64,000 nt of DNA from an uncultured Chloroflexia bacterium (GTDB lineage: Bacteria; Chloroflexota; Limnocylindria; Limnocylindrales; CSP1-4), in assembly GCA_963749705.1 (NCBI GenBank), contig CAVVNQ010000015.1:32001-96000 (forward strand), in the 5' to 3' direction. The first letter of the stretch is position 1; every line of letters starts with the position of its first letter. The notes beneath the pieces are model-generated. The model ran no database searches and was not told where the DNA came from. It saw only the letters and a program-made list of their open reading frames with translations. Positions 27,054-37,505 of the stretch are shown one piece after another. Both the position numbers and the translations under genes were made by a program.

Positions 27054-28328
27054 TTGACCGGCATCCCGCCGCGCCGGGTGTCGCTGATCGTGATCGATGG
27101 TGCGGGCGAAGTGCTCGGTCGCCTGCCCGAGTTCCCCGTGGCGACACCGTGGTGGCAGGAGGTCCGACCGGTCGTCGAGGGCGCCCGCGAGCGGTTCGGG
27201 CTCGACATCGTGGTGCTCCGCCTGTTCGATTCCGAGCTGCCCAAGCCGCAGGGCGGCGGCGTGATGTACGTGGCCCAGGCGCAGGGCCCCCTGCCCGACG
27301 GTGCGGCGGCGGTGCTGGAGCCGTTCGACGGCGTTCTCGTGGACGACGCCCAACGGCTGCGCTGGGCCGAGCCGGGCGGCCCGGGTGCCGACCTTGCCTG
27401 GGCGGAGGACGTGCTCCGCGTGCGGCGCCTCGAGCGGACCGGTCCCGCGGAGCAGCTGCGATCCTGGAACCTGTCGAGCATCTGGCGGCTGCCGCTCGTG
27501 GATGGCGCCGCATGGCTCAAGGTCGTGCCGCCGTTCTTCGCGCACGAGGGCGACATCCTGCGTCGATTGCAGGGCGGTCCGGTCCCGCGCCTGCTCGGCC
27601 ACGATGGCGACCGGATCCTGCTCGAGGACATCCCGGGCGTGGACCAGCACGGCGCCGAGCTTCCCGAGCTGCTCGAGATCGTGTCGTCGCTGGTGGACCT
27701 GCAGGCGCGCTGGATCGGGCGCTCGGACGAGCTGCTGGCGATGGGGCTGCCGGACTGGCGCGGGGCCGGCCTGGCCGCGTCGATCGAGTCCGTCGTCGAG
27801 CGGCGGGCGAGCCAGGTCCCGGATGGTGCCCGCGGGGCGCTGGCCGCGTTCGTCGCGGGTCTGCCGGCGCGGTTCGAGGCGCTCGATGCGTGCGGGATCC
27901 CGCCGACCTTCGTCCATGGCGACTTCCACCCCGGCAACGTGCGCGGCGGGACCGAGACGGGTGGTGGCAACCCGGCCGCGGCGCGCGCGACCGATAGCCC
28001 CGGGTTCACGATCCTCGACTGGGGCGACTGCGGCGTCGGCAGCCCACTGCTCGACATGTCGGCATTCCTCGACCGGGTGCCGCCGGCCGCGGCCCCGATC
28101 CTCCGCGACCACTGGGCCTCGGAGTGGCGGCGGCACGTGCCCGGCTCGCATCCTGCCCGGGCTGCCGAGCTGATCGCCCCGCTCGCCGCCGCGCGCCAGG
28201 CGGTGATCTACCAGCTGTTCGTGGACAGCATCGAGCCGGTCGAGCGGCGTCACCACGACGCCGACGTGGTCGACTGGCTGGTACGCACGGCCGACCAGAC
28301 GCTGCTCGAAGCGACGGCCGTCCACTGA
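27054..28328 (+). CDS. Aminoglycoside phosphotransferase / kinase-like (APH) family protein
   Basis: WLK, Brenner motif HGDFHPGN, DWGD; start (TTG) uncertain. Confidence 0.85.
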   Translation: MTGIPPRRVSLIVIDGAGEVLGRLPEFPVATPWWQEVRPVVEGARERFGLDIVVLRLFDSELPKPQGGGVMYVAQAQGPLPDGAAAVLEPFDGVLVDDAQRLRWAEPGGPGADLAWAEDVLRVRRLERTGPAEQLRSWNLSSIWRLPLVDGAAWLKVVPPFFAHEGDILRRLQGGPVPRLLGHDGDRILLEDIPGVDQHGAELPELLEIVSSLVDLQARWIGRSDELLAMGLPDWRGAGLAASIESVVERRASQVPDGARGALAAFVAGLPARFEALDACGIPPTFVHGDFHPGNVRGGTETGGGNPAAARATDSPGFTILDWGDCGVGSPLLDMSAFLDRVPPAAAPILRDHWASEWRRHVPGSHPARAAELIAPLAAARQAVIYQLFVDSIEPVERRHHDADVVDWLVRTADQTLLEATAVH

Positions 28329-28577
28329 GCTGGTGGTCCGATGGGCCGCGACGCTTGCCGCACGCGAGCGTCGCCCCGGCCAGCAGCCGCTCGCGCCGGC
28401 GGCCGGTGGGCACGTGCCCGTTGGTACCCGTTTGTGTCTGGTAGTCCTGACGCGCCTGCTCGTCCCGGGTGACCGGGACAGCCAGCACCCATGCGGCTGC
28501 CTGACGCGGATTCCGGCCTGAGCCGAGGGGAACGGGGCGTTTCACAGGCCGAATAGTCGCCGCAGTCCTCAATGACA

Positions 28578-28647
28578 CGACTCGGACCGGCGGCGCGGCG
28601 ACTCGGACCGGCGGCGCGGCGACTCGGACCGGCGGCGCGGCGACTCG
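28578..28647. repeat. 21-bp tandem repeat x3 plus partial copy
   Basis: CGACTCGGACCGGCGGCGCGG repeated perfectly. Confidence 0.9.
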
Positions 28648-28710
28648 CCCCGGCCTGCCGCAACGCGCCCGGGTAATCCACGGTGGAGCCGCCGCTGCTA
28701 CCGTCAGTGC

Positions 28711-30729
28711 GTGCCACGCGTCGAACCCGATCAGCTGCTCGCCGACCTCGATCCGGAGCAGCGCGCTGCCGTCCTCGCGACGAGCGGGCCGGTCGCGATC
28801 CTGGCCGGCGCAGGAACCGGCAAGACGCGCGTCATCAGCCGTCGGACCGCCTACGCGATCGCGACCGGGGTCGTGCCCGCGGACCAGGTGCTCGTGGTCA
28901 CGTTCACCGACAAGGCCGCGGGCGAGATGGTCGATCGCCTGCGCGCATTGGGCCTGCCCGGCGTGACCGCCCGTACGTTCCACGCCCACGCGCTGCGCCA
29001 GCTCCGGCACTTCTGGCCCGGCCGCCACGACGGGTCGCCGCTGCCGGGCATCCTGGATTCCAAGCTGCCGATCCTGGGACGCCTCGCCCGACAGCTGCCC
29101 GGTCACTACCGGTTCACGCCCGCCAAGGACCTCGCCGACGAGATCGAGTGGGCCAAGTCGAGGCGGATCTCGGCGGCGACGTACCGGCGCGAGGCGGTCA
29201 CCGCGGCCGGCCGCGAGCCGCCGATCCCGGTCGACCTGTTCACGCGGGTGTTCGACGGCTACGAGGCGGCGAAGACGCGGGCGAACCGCATCGACTTCGA
29301 CGACCTGCTGGTCGAGACGGTCGGCCTCCTCGAGACCGACGCCGACGCCGCCGCGACCGTGCGGGCGCGCAAGGGCTGGTTCAGCGTGGACGAGTACCAG
29401 GACACCAGCCCGCTCCAGCAGCGGCTGCTCGAGCTGTGGCTCGGCGAGCGTCGCGAGCTGTGCGTGGTGGGTGACGAGGACCAGACGATCTACTCGTTCA
29501 CCGGCGCGTCCTCGGGCTTCCTGACCTCGTTCGCGGCGCGCTGGCCGGGTGCCACCGAGATCGCGCTGGTCCGCAACTACCGATCGACGCCGCAGGTGCT
29601 GGAGCTCGCGAACCGGCTGATCGCCGCCGAGGGCGGGACGAAGCGACTCGAGGCGACGAGGGATGCCGGCCCGGAACCGGCGATCACCCGCAACGTCTCG
29701 GCGGACGCGGAGCTGGCCGCGCTGGTGGCCGCGATCCGGGCCCGGATCGCGGATGGCGTCGCCCCGGCAGAGGTCGCCGTGCTGGTCAGGATGAACGCGC
29801 AGCTCGCCCCGATCGAGGAGGCGCTGACGCGCGCGGGCGTCCCGTATCAGGTCCGTGGGCTCCGGTTCTACGACCGCCCGGAGGTGCGCAGCGCCGTCGC
29901 CAGCCTGCGCCGTCGCGGGCTCGACGCTCGCGGGTTCGAGCTTCGGGCCGCCATCCGCAACCGATGGGCCGAGGACGTGGGCTACGAGGAGCAGGGGATC
30001 CCCGAGGGCGACGAGGCGCGCGAGCGCCAGGCCTCGCTCGAGACGCTGCTGGCGATCGTCGACACCGTCGTCCGGGCGAGCGCGTCCGCCGACGCGGCGA
30101 GCGTCCTCGCGGAGCTCGAGGCACGCGCCGCGCACGAGCAGGCGGGTGCGGCGGACGGCGTGAACCTGCTGACCTACCACCGCGCCAAGGGCCTCGAGTG
30201 GGACGCCGTGTTCCTCCCGGCGCTGGAGGAGGGGAGCCTCCCGATCCGCCAGTCGCGCGACGACGACGCTGCGCTCGAGGAGGAGCGGCGGCTGCTGTAC
30301 GTCGGCATCACCCGGGCGCGGACGCATCTAGCGCTGTCATGGGCGGAGCGCCGCGAGACCCGCGGCAAGGAGGCCAAGCGACAGCCCAGCCGGTTCCTGC
30401 TCGACCTCCGGCCACGGCCGAAGCGGACCGTCCGCGACCTGCCCGGCCCGCCGGCGTTCGTACGGGCACCTCGCGCGGGGACCGACGGGGACCCGCTGTT
30501 CGCGGCGCTGCGCGAGTGGCGGACCGCGCGCGCGCGCGACGAAGCGGTCCCGCCGTATGTCATCGCGCACGATGCGACCCTGGCGGCGATCGCCGAGACG
30601 CGGCCACGGACGATGGCCGGGCTGCGGCGTGTCAAGGGGATGGGTCCGGCCAAGCTGGAGAGGTACGGCGACGAGATCCTGTCGGTGGTCGAGGCGTCGG
30701 AGGCGTCGCGCGCTCAGCAGAACCAGTAG
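28711..30729 (+). CDS. uvrD2: ATP-dependent DNA helicase, UvrD2-like with C-terminal HRDC domain
   Basis: AGAGTGKT, TFH, DEYQD, GDEDQTIYSF, NYRST, HRAKGLEW, EERRLLYVGITRA; HRDC LFAALREWR...PPYVI. Confidence 0.9.
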   Translation: MPRVEPDQLLADLDPEQRAAVLATSGPVAILAGAGTGKTRVISRRTAYAIATGVVPADQVLVVTFTDKAAGEMVDRLRALGLPGVTARTFHAHALRQLRHFWPGRHDGSPLPGILDSKLPILGRLARQLPGHYRFTPAKDLADEIEWAKSRRISAATYRREAVTAAGREPPIPVDLFTRVFDGYEAAKTRANRIDFDDLLVETVGLLETDADAAATVRARKGWFSVDEYQDTSPLQQRLLELWLGERRELCVVGDEDQTIYSFTGASSGFLTSFAARWPGATEIALVRNYRSTPQVLELANRLIAAEGGTKRLEATRDAGPEPAITRNVSADAELAALVAAIRARIADGVAPAEVAVLVRMNAQLAPIEEALTRAGVPYQVRGLRFYDRPEVRSAVASLRRRGLDARGFELRAAIRNRWAEDVGYEEQGIPEGDEARERQASLETLLAIVDTVVRASASADAASVLAELEARAAHEQAGAADGVNLLTYHRAKGLEWDAVFLPALEEGSLPIRQSRDDDAALEEERRLLYVGITRARTHLALSWAERRETRGKEAKRQPSRFLLDLRPRPKRTVRDLPGPPAFVRAPRAGTDGDPLFAALREWRTARARDEAVPPYVIAHDATLAAIAETRPRTMAGLRRVKGMGPAKLERYGDEILSVVEASEASRAQQNQ

Positions 30730-30759
30730 CGCCCGCGGGCTCCGCCCAGCGCGTTCGTT

Positions 30760-31557
30760 TCAGGCGGCCAGGTCGCGACGCCGGAACGCCCACAGGGCAG
30801 CAGCCCAACCCGCGACCGCGATGGCCGCGAACAGCGCGAGGTCGCCGATCGGGAACGTCCCGTCATCGATGATCGCGGTCGTGCCGAAGTGGTTCCACGC
30901 GGACAGCGCGCCGATCCAGTGCCAGTCCGCGGAGACCCCGGAGATGACGAACAGCACGTACATCAGGATGAGGACGCCACCGACGGTCCCGACGCTCGTG
31001 CCCCGGCTCAGCGTCACAACGGACACGAGGCAGGCGGGCGCGGCGATCGCACACCCGAACGCGAACGCGAGCACGCCCGCCAGCGTGAAGTTGACGAGAT
31101 CGAAGTCGGCACCGACGAGGCGTCCCACGGCCCACACGCCGAGGACCGCGGCCAGTGCGAGCACCGCCATCACGACGACCTGTCCGGCGATCGACGCCAG
31201 CAGATACCGGACCCGAGACGCGCCCGTGGCCAGCGGCAGGTCCAGGAAGCCGCGGTCGAGGTCCGTCGCGACGGCCCGGGTGCCCAGCAGCAGGCCGGCG
31301 ATGGAGGCGATGATCGGCCACAGCCAGCTCGCGACGTAGGTGGTGAAGAACACGCCGGGATCGGACAGCAGCCCGGTCATCCCGAACGCCGCCAGGAACT
31401 CCTTGGGGAACGTCTCCATGTACGCCGAGAACAGCTCGTCGTTCTCGAGCATGATCGGGTACATCGCACCCATCAGCGCTCCATAGCCCAGCAGGACGAT
31501 CCCGAGCCACAGGAGGATCGAGCGGTTGCGGCGCATCTCGAGCCGGAACGCGATCAT
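30760..31557 (-). CDS. ABC-2 type permease
   Basis: 6 TM, DLDRGFLDLPLA, C-terminal FRRRDL. Confidence 0.88.
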   Translation of the reverse strand: MIAFRLEMRRNRSILLWLGIVLLGYGALMGAMYPIMLENDELFSAYMETFPKEFLAAFGMTGLLSDPGVFFTTYVASWLWPIIASIAGLLLGTRAVATDLDRGFLDLPLATGASRVRYLLASIAGQVVVMAVLALAAVLGVWAVGRLVGADFDLVNFTLAGVLAFAFGCAIAAPACLVSVVTLSRGTSVGTVGGVLILMYVLFVISGVSADWHWIGALSAWNHFGTTAIIDDGTFPIGDLALFAAIAVAGWAAALWAFRRRDLAA

Positions 31558-32522
31558 GCCGGCACCTCCACGCGGCCGTCGGTGGGGCCGTCGGTGGGGC
31601 CCGCGCCGGGACCCGCGGCGATCGGGCCCGCGGCGGCGTCCTCGGCGCGGTAGTAGCGGAGGAACAGGTCCTCGACATCAGGGGTGGTGATCGAGATGTC
31701 GCGGACGTCGAGGCGGGCGATCCGGTCCAGCAGTGGGTTCACGTCGCCACGGACCATCAGGTGGACCTCGCGCCCGGTCGTCGTCGCAACCTCCACGTTT
31801 GGCAGGTCGAACGCATCGTGCGGCGGCGGTGCCGCCAGGACGAGGTTGATCGACCGCCAGTGCGTGCCCATCAGCTCGCCGACCGTCGAGACATCGACGA
31901 TCCGCCCGTCGCGGATGATCGCGACCCGGTCGCACACCCGCTCGACCTCGACCAGGTTGTGACTCGACAGGAACAGCGTCCGGCCGTCGGCACGCGCCTC
32001 CGCCGCGAGCGCCAGGAACTCGCGCTGCATCAGCGGATCGAGGCCGCTGGTCGGCTCGTCGAGGACGAGCAGGGGCTCGTGGCCCATGAACGCCGCGACC
32101 ACGCCGACCTTCTGTCGATTGCCGCGGGACAGGCGGCGGATCCGGACCGTCGGGTCGAGCTCCAGCCGCTCCGCCAGTGGATGCCAGGCGGCTCGCGGCA
32201 GGTGGCGCAACCGGGCGAGGTAGTCCAGCTGCTCGGCGCCGGTGAGCTCGCCCAGGAACCCGGGATCGCTGCCCAGGTAGCCGATCTGCCGGTAAATCCT
32301 CGGCGCGTCCTCGAACGCGTCCCCGCCCAGGATGCGTACCGAGCCACGCGTCGCGCGCAGGAAGCCGAGCAGGAGGCGGATCGTGGTCGTCTTGCCCGCG
32401 CCGTTGGGCCCCAGGAACCCGAACGCCTCGCCCTCGCGGACGTCGAGGTCGACATCCTCGATGCCCCGTCGGGAGCCGTAGTACTTGGTGAGACCGGTGG
32501 TCTCGATGACCGGATCGGCCAT
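31554..32522 (-). CDS. ABC transporter ATP-binding protein
   Basis: GPNGAGKTT, LSRGNRQK, LDEPTSGLDP, SSH. Confidence 0.95.
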   Translation of the reverse strand: MADPVIETTGLTKYYGSRRGIEDVDLDVREGEAFGFLGPNGAGKTTTIRLLLGFLRATRGSVRILGGDAFEDAPRIYRQIGYLGSDPGFLGELTGAEQLDYLARLRHLPRAAWHPLAERLELDPTVRIRRLSRGNRQKVGVVAAFMGHEPLLVLDEPTSGLDPLMQREFLALAAEARADGRTLFLSSHNLVEVERVCDRVAIIRDGRIVDVSTVGELMGTHWRSINLVLAAPPPHDAFDLPNVEVATTTGREVHLMVRGDVNPLLDRIARLDVRDISITTPDVEDLFLRYYRAEDAAAGPIAAGPGAGPTDGPTDGRVEVPA

Positions 32523-32679
32523 CCCGCGCCTCCGTCACTGGTCCGGGCGCATCGCCGGATTGCCCGTCGCACACGCGCCGGGCGTGCGGGCTCCGGCAGG
32601 CGGTCAGCCTGCGCCTGATCAGGGCTCATCGTCGGATCGGCCGACGCCGCCACGAAGGGTCGTTGGGCCCGATCGGAGC

Positions 32680-32984
32680 GTCCCCCGGTCCCGATCGGGG
32701 CGTCCCCGGTCCCGACCTCAGTCGGCCACACAACGATGTGGTGCGTTGTATGACGCCGATCGACGCGCTGGGCGCTGCGTCGCGACCCGCGGCAGCACCA
32801 GGTCACGTGGCAACCTGGCCAGCGAACGGTGGCGTGCGTCTTCGGCCAGTTGCAGGTGGCCAACGACGCACCCGGTCGTTGCCCGGCGAGGATCCGCATC
32901 GATCGGTCCGGTTAGCACGCGCCAGGTCGTTCCGTGGCCAGGTGCGGCGAGATAACACGCGCCAGGTCGTTCCGTGGCCAGGTG
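32680..32984. repeat. Decayed intergenic inverted repeat flanked by tandem duplications
   Basis: CAACGATGTGGTGCGTTGT (~32731) vs inverted ACGACGCACCCGGTCGTTG (~32863); left duplication GCGTCCCCGGTCCCGA x2; right 40-bp-period duplication CACGCGCCAGGTCGTTCCGTGGCCAGGTG (32916 and 32956). Confidence 0.55.
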
Positions 32985-33039
32985 TGTCGAGGGCGCAGGT
33001 GTGGCGCCGGCGAGGGTGCCGGCGCTTGCCCAGCCCGCC

Positions 33040-35145
33040 CTACGCGACCGTGTCGAGCGGCTCGATCGCCTCCTCGAACTGGCTCGTGTACAGCTCCTGG
33101 TAGAAGCCTTTCGCGGCGAGCAGAGCCTCGTGCGTCCCGCGTTCGACGATCCGGCCCTCGTTCATGACCAGGATCATGTCCGCGTCGCGGATCGTGGACA
33201 GTCGGTGCGCGATCACGAACGACGTCCGGCCGCGCATCAGCCGGTTCATCGCGCGCTGGATCAGCACCTCGGTCCGCGTGTCGACCGACGACGTCGCCTC
33301 GTCCAGGATGAGGATCGGCGGGTCCGCGAGGAACGCGCGGGCGATCGTGAGCAGCTGCTTCTCGCCCGCCGAGACGTTGGTCGCGTCGTCGTCGAGCACG
33401 GTCTCGTAGCCGTCGGTGAGGGTGCGCACGAAGTGGTCGACGTGCGCCGCCTCGGCGGCCTCGACCATGTGGGCGTCGGCGACCTCGACATCGTCGGCCC
33501 CGTACTCGATGTTCTCGCGGATCGTGCCGTTGAACAGCCACGCATCCTGGAGCACCATCCCGAACGTCCGTCGCAGGTTGTCCCGCGTCAGCTGCCGGGT
33601 GTCGATGCCGTCGACGGTGATCCGTCCCGCGTCGACGTCGTAGAACCGCATCAGCAGGTTGACCAGCGTGGTCTTGCCCGCGCCGGTCGGTCCCACGATC
33701 GCGATCGTCTGGCCGGGTTCGACGGCCAGGTCCAGGTCCTCGATCAGCGGCTCGTCCGCCTTGTACCGGAACGAGACGCCCTCGAAGGTGACGCGTCCGG
33801 CGGCCGGCTCGGCGAGCACGGCCGGGGTCACCGGGTCGGGGATCTCCTCTTCCTCGTCGAGCAGCTCGAACACCCGCTCGGCCGATGCCACCGCGCTCTG
33901 GAGGACGTTGACGATGCTCGCCGCCTGGATGATCGGGAACGTGAACTGGCGGGAGTACTGGATGAACGCCTGCACGTCGCCCAGCGACATCTGGCCGCTG
34001 GCCACCCGCACGCCGCCGATCACCGCGATCGCGACGTAGCTGAGGTTGGAGATGAACATCATCGCGGGCTGGATGAGCCCGGAGATGAACTGCGCCTTGA
34101 AGCTCGACTGGTAGAGCTCCTCGTTGCGGCGGTCGAACTCGTCGATCGCCTCGTCCTGGCGCCCGAACAGCTTGACGATGGCGTGCCCCGTGTGCATCTC
34201 CTCGACGTGGCCGTTGAGCGACCCGGTCCGCTCCCACTGGGCCGCGAACTGCTTCTGCGACCGGCCGGCGATGAGCACGGTCACCACGAGCGACGCCGGC
34301 ACCGCGAGCAGCGAGACCACCGCCAGCAGGGGGCTGATGGTGAGCATCATGATCAGCACCCCGACGACGGTGAGCACCGACGTGATGAGCTGGGTCAGGC
34401 TCTGCTGGAGGGTCTGGCTGATGTTGTCGATGTCGTTGGTCACCCGCGACAGGATGTCGCCCCGCGACTCGCGGTCGAAGTAGGCGAGCGGCAGCCGGCC
34501 GAGCTTCTCGTCGACCCGGCGACGCAGCCGGTACACGGTGCGCTGGGTCACGCCGGCCATGATGTACGCCTGCCCCCAGCTGAACACCGAGCTCAGCAGG
34601 TAGATGCCGGCCACGATGGCCAGGATCAGGGTCAGGCGCCCGAAGTCGACACCGACCCCCGGCACGACGTTGCTCATGCTCGCGAGCATGTCGGCGAGGT
34701 TGTCCTGACCCTGCGCGCGGAGCCCCGTCACGATCTGGGACAGCGGGACATTGGTCAGGCCCTGCTGGCCCAGCAGCTTGCCGACCACGCCCTCGAACAG
34801 GACGTTGGTCGCGTTGCCCAGCAGCCGGGGCCCGAGAATGGCCAGCGTGACGCTGACGACGCCCAGGGCGAGGACGAACCCGATCAGCAGCCGCTCGGGC
34901 CGGAGCTCGCGCAGCAGTCGCCGGAACGAGCCCCTGAAGTCCTTGGACTTGGCCGCGGGCATCTGCATGAACATGTGCCCCGGTCCGCCGCCCGGGCCCA
35001 TCGGCCGTCGCGCGGGGGGACGCGCCCCGCCGCCGAACGCCCCCGGCCCGCCGCCGGGTCGGCTGCCGCCGCCGGCGCCGCCCGCGCCCGGCCCGCCCGC
35101 CGCGCCGCCCGAGCCGCCGCCCGGCCGGCCCGTCGACCCGCTCAT
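33040..35145 (-). CDS. Heterodimeric ABC exporter subunit (TM288/Rv1272c-like), permease + ATPase
   Basis: TMD plus GPTGAGKTT, VSAGEKQ, LDEATSSVD, IAHRLST. Confidence 0.93.
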   Translation of the reverse strand: MSGSTGRPGGGSGGAAGGPGAGGAGGGSRPGGGPGAFGGGARPPARRPMGPGGGPGHMFMQMPAAKSKDFRGSFRRLLRELRPERLLIGFVLALGVVSVTLAILGPRLLGNATNVLFEGVVGKLLGQQGLTNVPLSQIVTGLRAQGQDNLADMLASMSNVVPGVGVDFGRLTLILAIVAGIYLLSSVFSWGQAYIMAGVTQRTVYRLRRRVDEKLGRLPLAYFDRESRGDILSRVTNDIDNISQTLQQSLTQLITSVLTVVGVLIMMLTISPLLAVVSLLAVPASLVVTVLIAGRSQKQFAAQWERTGSLNGHVEEMHTGHAIVKLFGRQDEAIDEFDRRNEELYQSSFKAQFISGLIQPAMMFISNLSYVAIAVIGGVRVASGQMSLGDVQAFIQYSRQFTFPIIQAASIVNVLQSAVASAERVFELLDEEEEIPDPVTPAVLAEPAAGRVTFEGVSFRYKADEPLIEDLDLAVEPGQTIAIVGPTGAGKTTLVNLLMRFYDVDAGRITVDGIDTRQLTRDNLRRTFGMVLQDAWLFNGTIRENIEYGADDVEVADAHMVEAAEAAHVDHFVRTLTDGYETVLDDDATNVSAGEKQLLTIARAFLADPPILILDEATSSVDTRTEVLIQRAMNRLMRGRTSFVIAHRLSTIRDADMILVMNEGRIVERGTHEALLAAKGFYQELYTSQFEEAIEPLDTVA

Positions 35146-36869
35146 GCGACCTCCTCCTCGGTGACCTGGGACAGCACGATCTCGCGATACGTCTGGCAGG
35201 TCCGCATCAGCTCGTCGTGGGTGCCGAGGCCCGCGATCCCGCCGGCCTCCAGGACCACGATCTGGTCGGCGTGGAGGATCGTTCCCACGCGCTGCGCGAC
35301 GATGATCACGGTCGCTCCGCGCAGCTCGCGCGCGATCGCGGCCCGCAACCGGGCGTCGGTGCGGAAGTCGAGCGCGGAGAAGCTGTCGTCGAACACGTAG
35401 ATGTCGGGCTGGTGCGCGAGCGCCCGCGCGATCGCCAGCCGCTGTCGTTGACCGCCCGACACGTTGGTGCCGCCCTGAGTGATCGGCGCCTCGAGCTGGT
35501 CCGGCATCTCGGTCACGAAATCGCGGCCCTGCGCGATCTCGAGCGCGCGCCACAGCGCCTCGTCGGTGGCATCGTCATCGCCCCAGCGGAGGTTGCTGGC
35601 CACCGTCCCGCCGAACAGGAAGGCGCGCTGCGGGATCATCCCGATCCGCTTCCACAGGTCGGCCCGGTCCATGTCGCGGACGTCCACCCCGTCGACCAGC
35701 ACCGTCCCGCCGGTCGCGTCGTAGAACCGCGGGATGAGGTTGATCAGGGTCGACTTGCCGCTGCCGGTCGAGCCGACGATGGCGGTGGTCTCGCCCGGCC
35801 GGGCCGTGAACGAGATCCCGCTGAGCACGGGCTCCTCGGCGCCCGGGTACCGGAACTCCACGTCGCGGTACTCGACCAGGCCGCCACGCTGCGGGGAGAT
35901 CGGGGTCGGCGGGTCGATGATCGCGGGCTGCGTGTCGAGCACCTCGCGCACCCGGCCCGCGGAGACCGCGGCACGCGGGACCATGACGAACATGATGACC
36001 GCGGTCATGACCGAGAACAGGACCTGCATGATGTACTGCAGGAACGCGGTCAGGTTGCCGATCGGCATGTCCCCGCTGTCCACGCGGTAGGCGCCGAAGA
36101 ACAGGACCGCGACCGTGGTCAGGTTCATGATCGCCATCAGGCTCGGGATGGTGACCGCGAACAGGCGGTTGACGGTCAATGCGGTGACCATCAGGTCCTC
36201 GTTCGCCGCGTCGAACCGCTCCTCCTCGTGGCGCGTCCGGACGAAGGCCCGGATGACGCGAACGCCGGCGAGCGTCTCGCGCATCACGAGGTTGATCCGG
36301 TCGAGCTTGCGCTGCATCGCCTGGAACAGCGGCACCGCACGGGTCATCACGAACCCGATCAGGAGGGCCATGATCGGCAGGATCACCAGCAGCAGCCCCG
36401 ACAGCGGCACGTCCTGGCGGAGCGCCATGATCACGCCACCGACGACCATGATCGGTGCGGTGATGATCATGTTGAGCGCCATCAGCACGAACATCTGGAT
36501 CTGCTGGACGTCGTTGGTGTTGCGCGTGATCAGGCTCGCCGCGCCGAACTGGTTGACCTCGACCTGGCTGAACGTCTGGACCTTGCGGAAGATCGCGCTG
36601 CGCACGTCGCGGCCGAACGCCATGGCGGTCCGGGCGCCGAAGAACACGCCGATGATCGCGGCGATGCTCAGCGCGAAGGTCACCACCAGCATGAACCCGC
36701 CGGTGCGCACGATGTAGTCGGTGTCCCCCTTGACGACGCCGTTGTTGATGATGTCGGCGTTGAGCTCGGGGAGGTACAGGTTGGCGATCGCCTGCACCAG
36801 CAGGAGCGCCAGGACGAGCACGATCGGCCACCGGTATGGGGCGAGATACGTGCGCAGCAGTCCGATCAT
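35142..36869 (-). CDS. Heterodimeric ABC exporter subunit (TM287/Rv1273c-like)
   Basis: TMD plus GSTGSGKST, SGGQRQR, degenerate FDDSFSALD and AQR. Confidence 0.93.
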   Translation of the reverse strand: MIGLLRTYLAPYRWPIVLVLALLLVQAIANLYLPELNADIINNGVVKGDTDYIVRTGGFMLVVTFALSIAAIIGVFFGARTAMAFGRDVRSAIFRKVQTFSQVEVNQFGAASLITRNTNDVQQIQMFVLMALNMIITAPIMVVGGVIMALRQDVPLSGLLLVILPIMALLIGFVMTRAVPLFQAMQRKLDRINLVMRETLAGVRVIRAFVRTRHEEERFDAANEDLMVTALTVNRLFAVTIPSLMAIMNLTTVAVLFFGAYRVDSGDMPIGNLTAFLQYIMQVLFSVMTAVIMFVMVPRAAVSAGRVREVLDTQPAIIDPPTPISPQRGGLVEYRDVEFRYPGAEEPVLSGISFTARPGETTAIVGSTGSGKSTLINLIPRFYDATGGTVLVDGVDVRDMDRADLWKRIGMIPQRAFLFGGTVASNLRWGDDDATDEALWRALEIAQGRDFVTEMPDQLEAPITQGGTNVSGGQRQRLAIARALAHQPDIYVFDDSFSALDFRTDARLRAAIARELRGATVIIVAQRVGTILHADQIVVLEAGGIAGLGTHDELMRTCQTYREIVLSQVTEEEVA

Positions 36870-37354
36870 CGATGTGCCTCGGCGGGGGGATGGGGGAGCG
36901 TGGCATGGAGTCGTTCGCGAGCACGCCGGAGGGCGCGAGATCCGGACAGGAAGCCCCGGAGCTCGTCATCGGTGAGCTCGTCGAGGATCTTCGCGAGCCG
37001 CTCGCGGCGCTCGGTCGCGAGGCCCTCGATCATCCGCCGACCCGTCTCCGTGAGAGCGACCCGGATGACCCGCCGGTCCTCGTCGTCGCGCTGCCGGTGG
37101 ACGAGGTCGCGCTGCTCCATCCGATCGACGATCCCGGTCGCGCTGGCCTGCGAGACGTCGAGCGACTCGGCCAGGGCGCGCATCGCGATCGGACCGTCGA
37201 CGTCAAGCACCGCCAGGACGTGGAGGTGGACCAGGCTCAGCGGCCCGGCGGGCCACCGCCGCATGAAGCGCATCATCGACGATGGGGTATGGGACGTGAG
37301 CTCGCCGACGACCTCGCCCAGGAGCTCGGCGCGCGTGAGCGACCGCTCGGTCAT
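36866..37354 (-). CDS. MarR-family regulator
   Basis: LAESLDVSQASATGIVDRME..LV.R..D.EDRR...V.LTE.G. Confidence 0.92.
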   Translation of the reverse strand: MTERSLTRAELLGEVVGELTSHTPSSMMRFMRRWPAGPLSLVHLHVLAVLDVDGPIAMRALAESLDVSQASATGIVDRMEQRDLVHRQRDDEDRRVIRVALTETGRRMIEGLATERRERLAKILDELTDDELRGFLSGSRALRRARERLHATLPHPPAEAHR

Positions 37355-37505
37355 GCGCTCAACGTCAGGTAGATGTTCAACACGGCATGAAGGATATAGG
37401 CCGCGGGGATGGCTGTCCAGCGAGGGTGGACAAGCGCCCGGATCACCCTGCGTCGACGCCCTCGCCCGTCCGCGCGTCGTCGCGCCCTCGCCCGTCCGCG
37501 CGTCG

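Noticed and set aside
27054-28328. Aminoglycoside resistance gene
   Set aside because: Only the generic APH/kinase-like fold motifs are present; substrate cannot be inferred.
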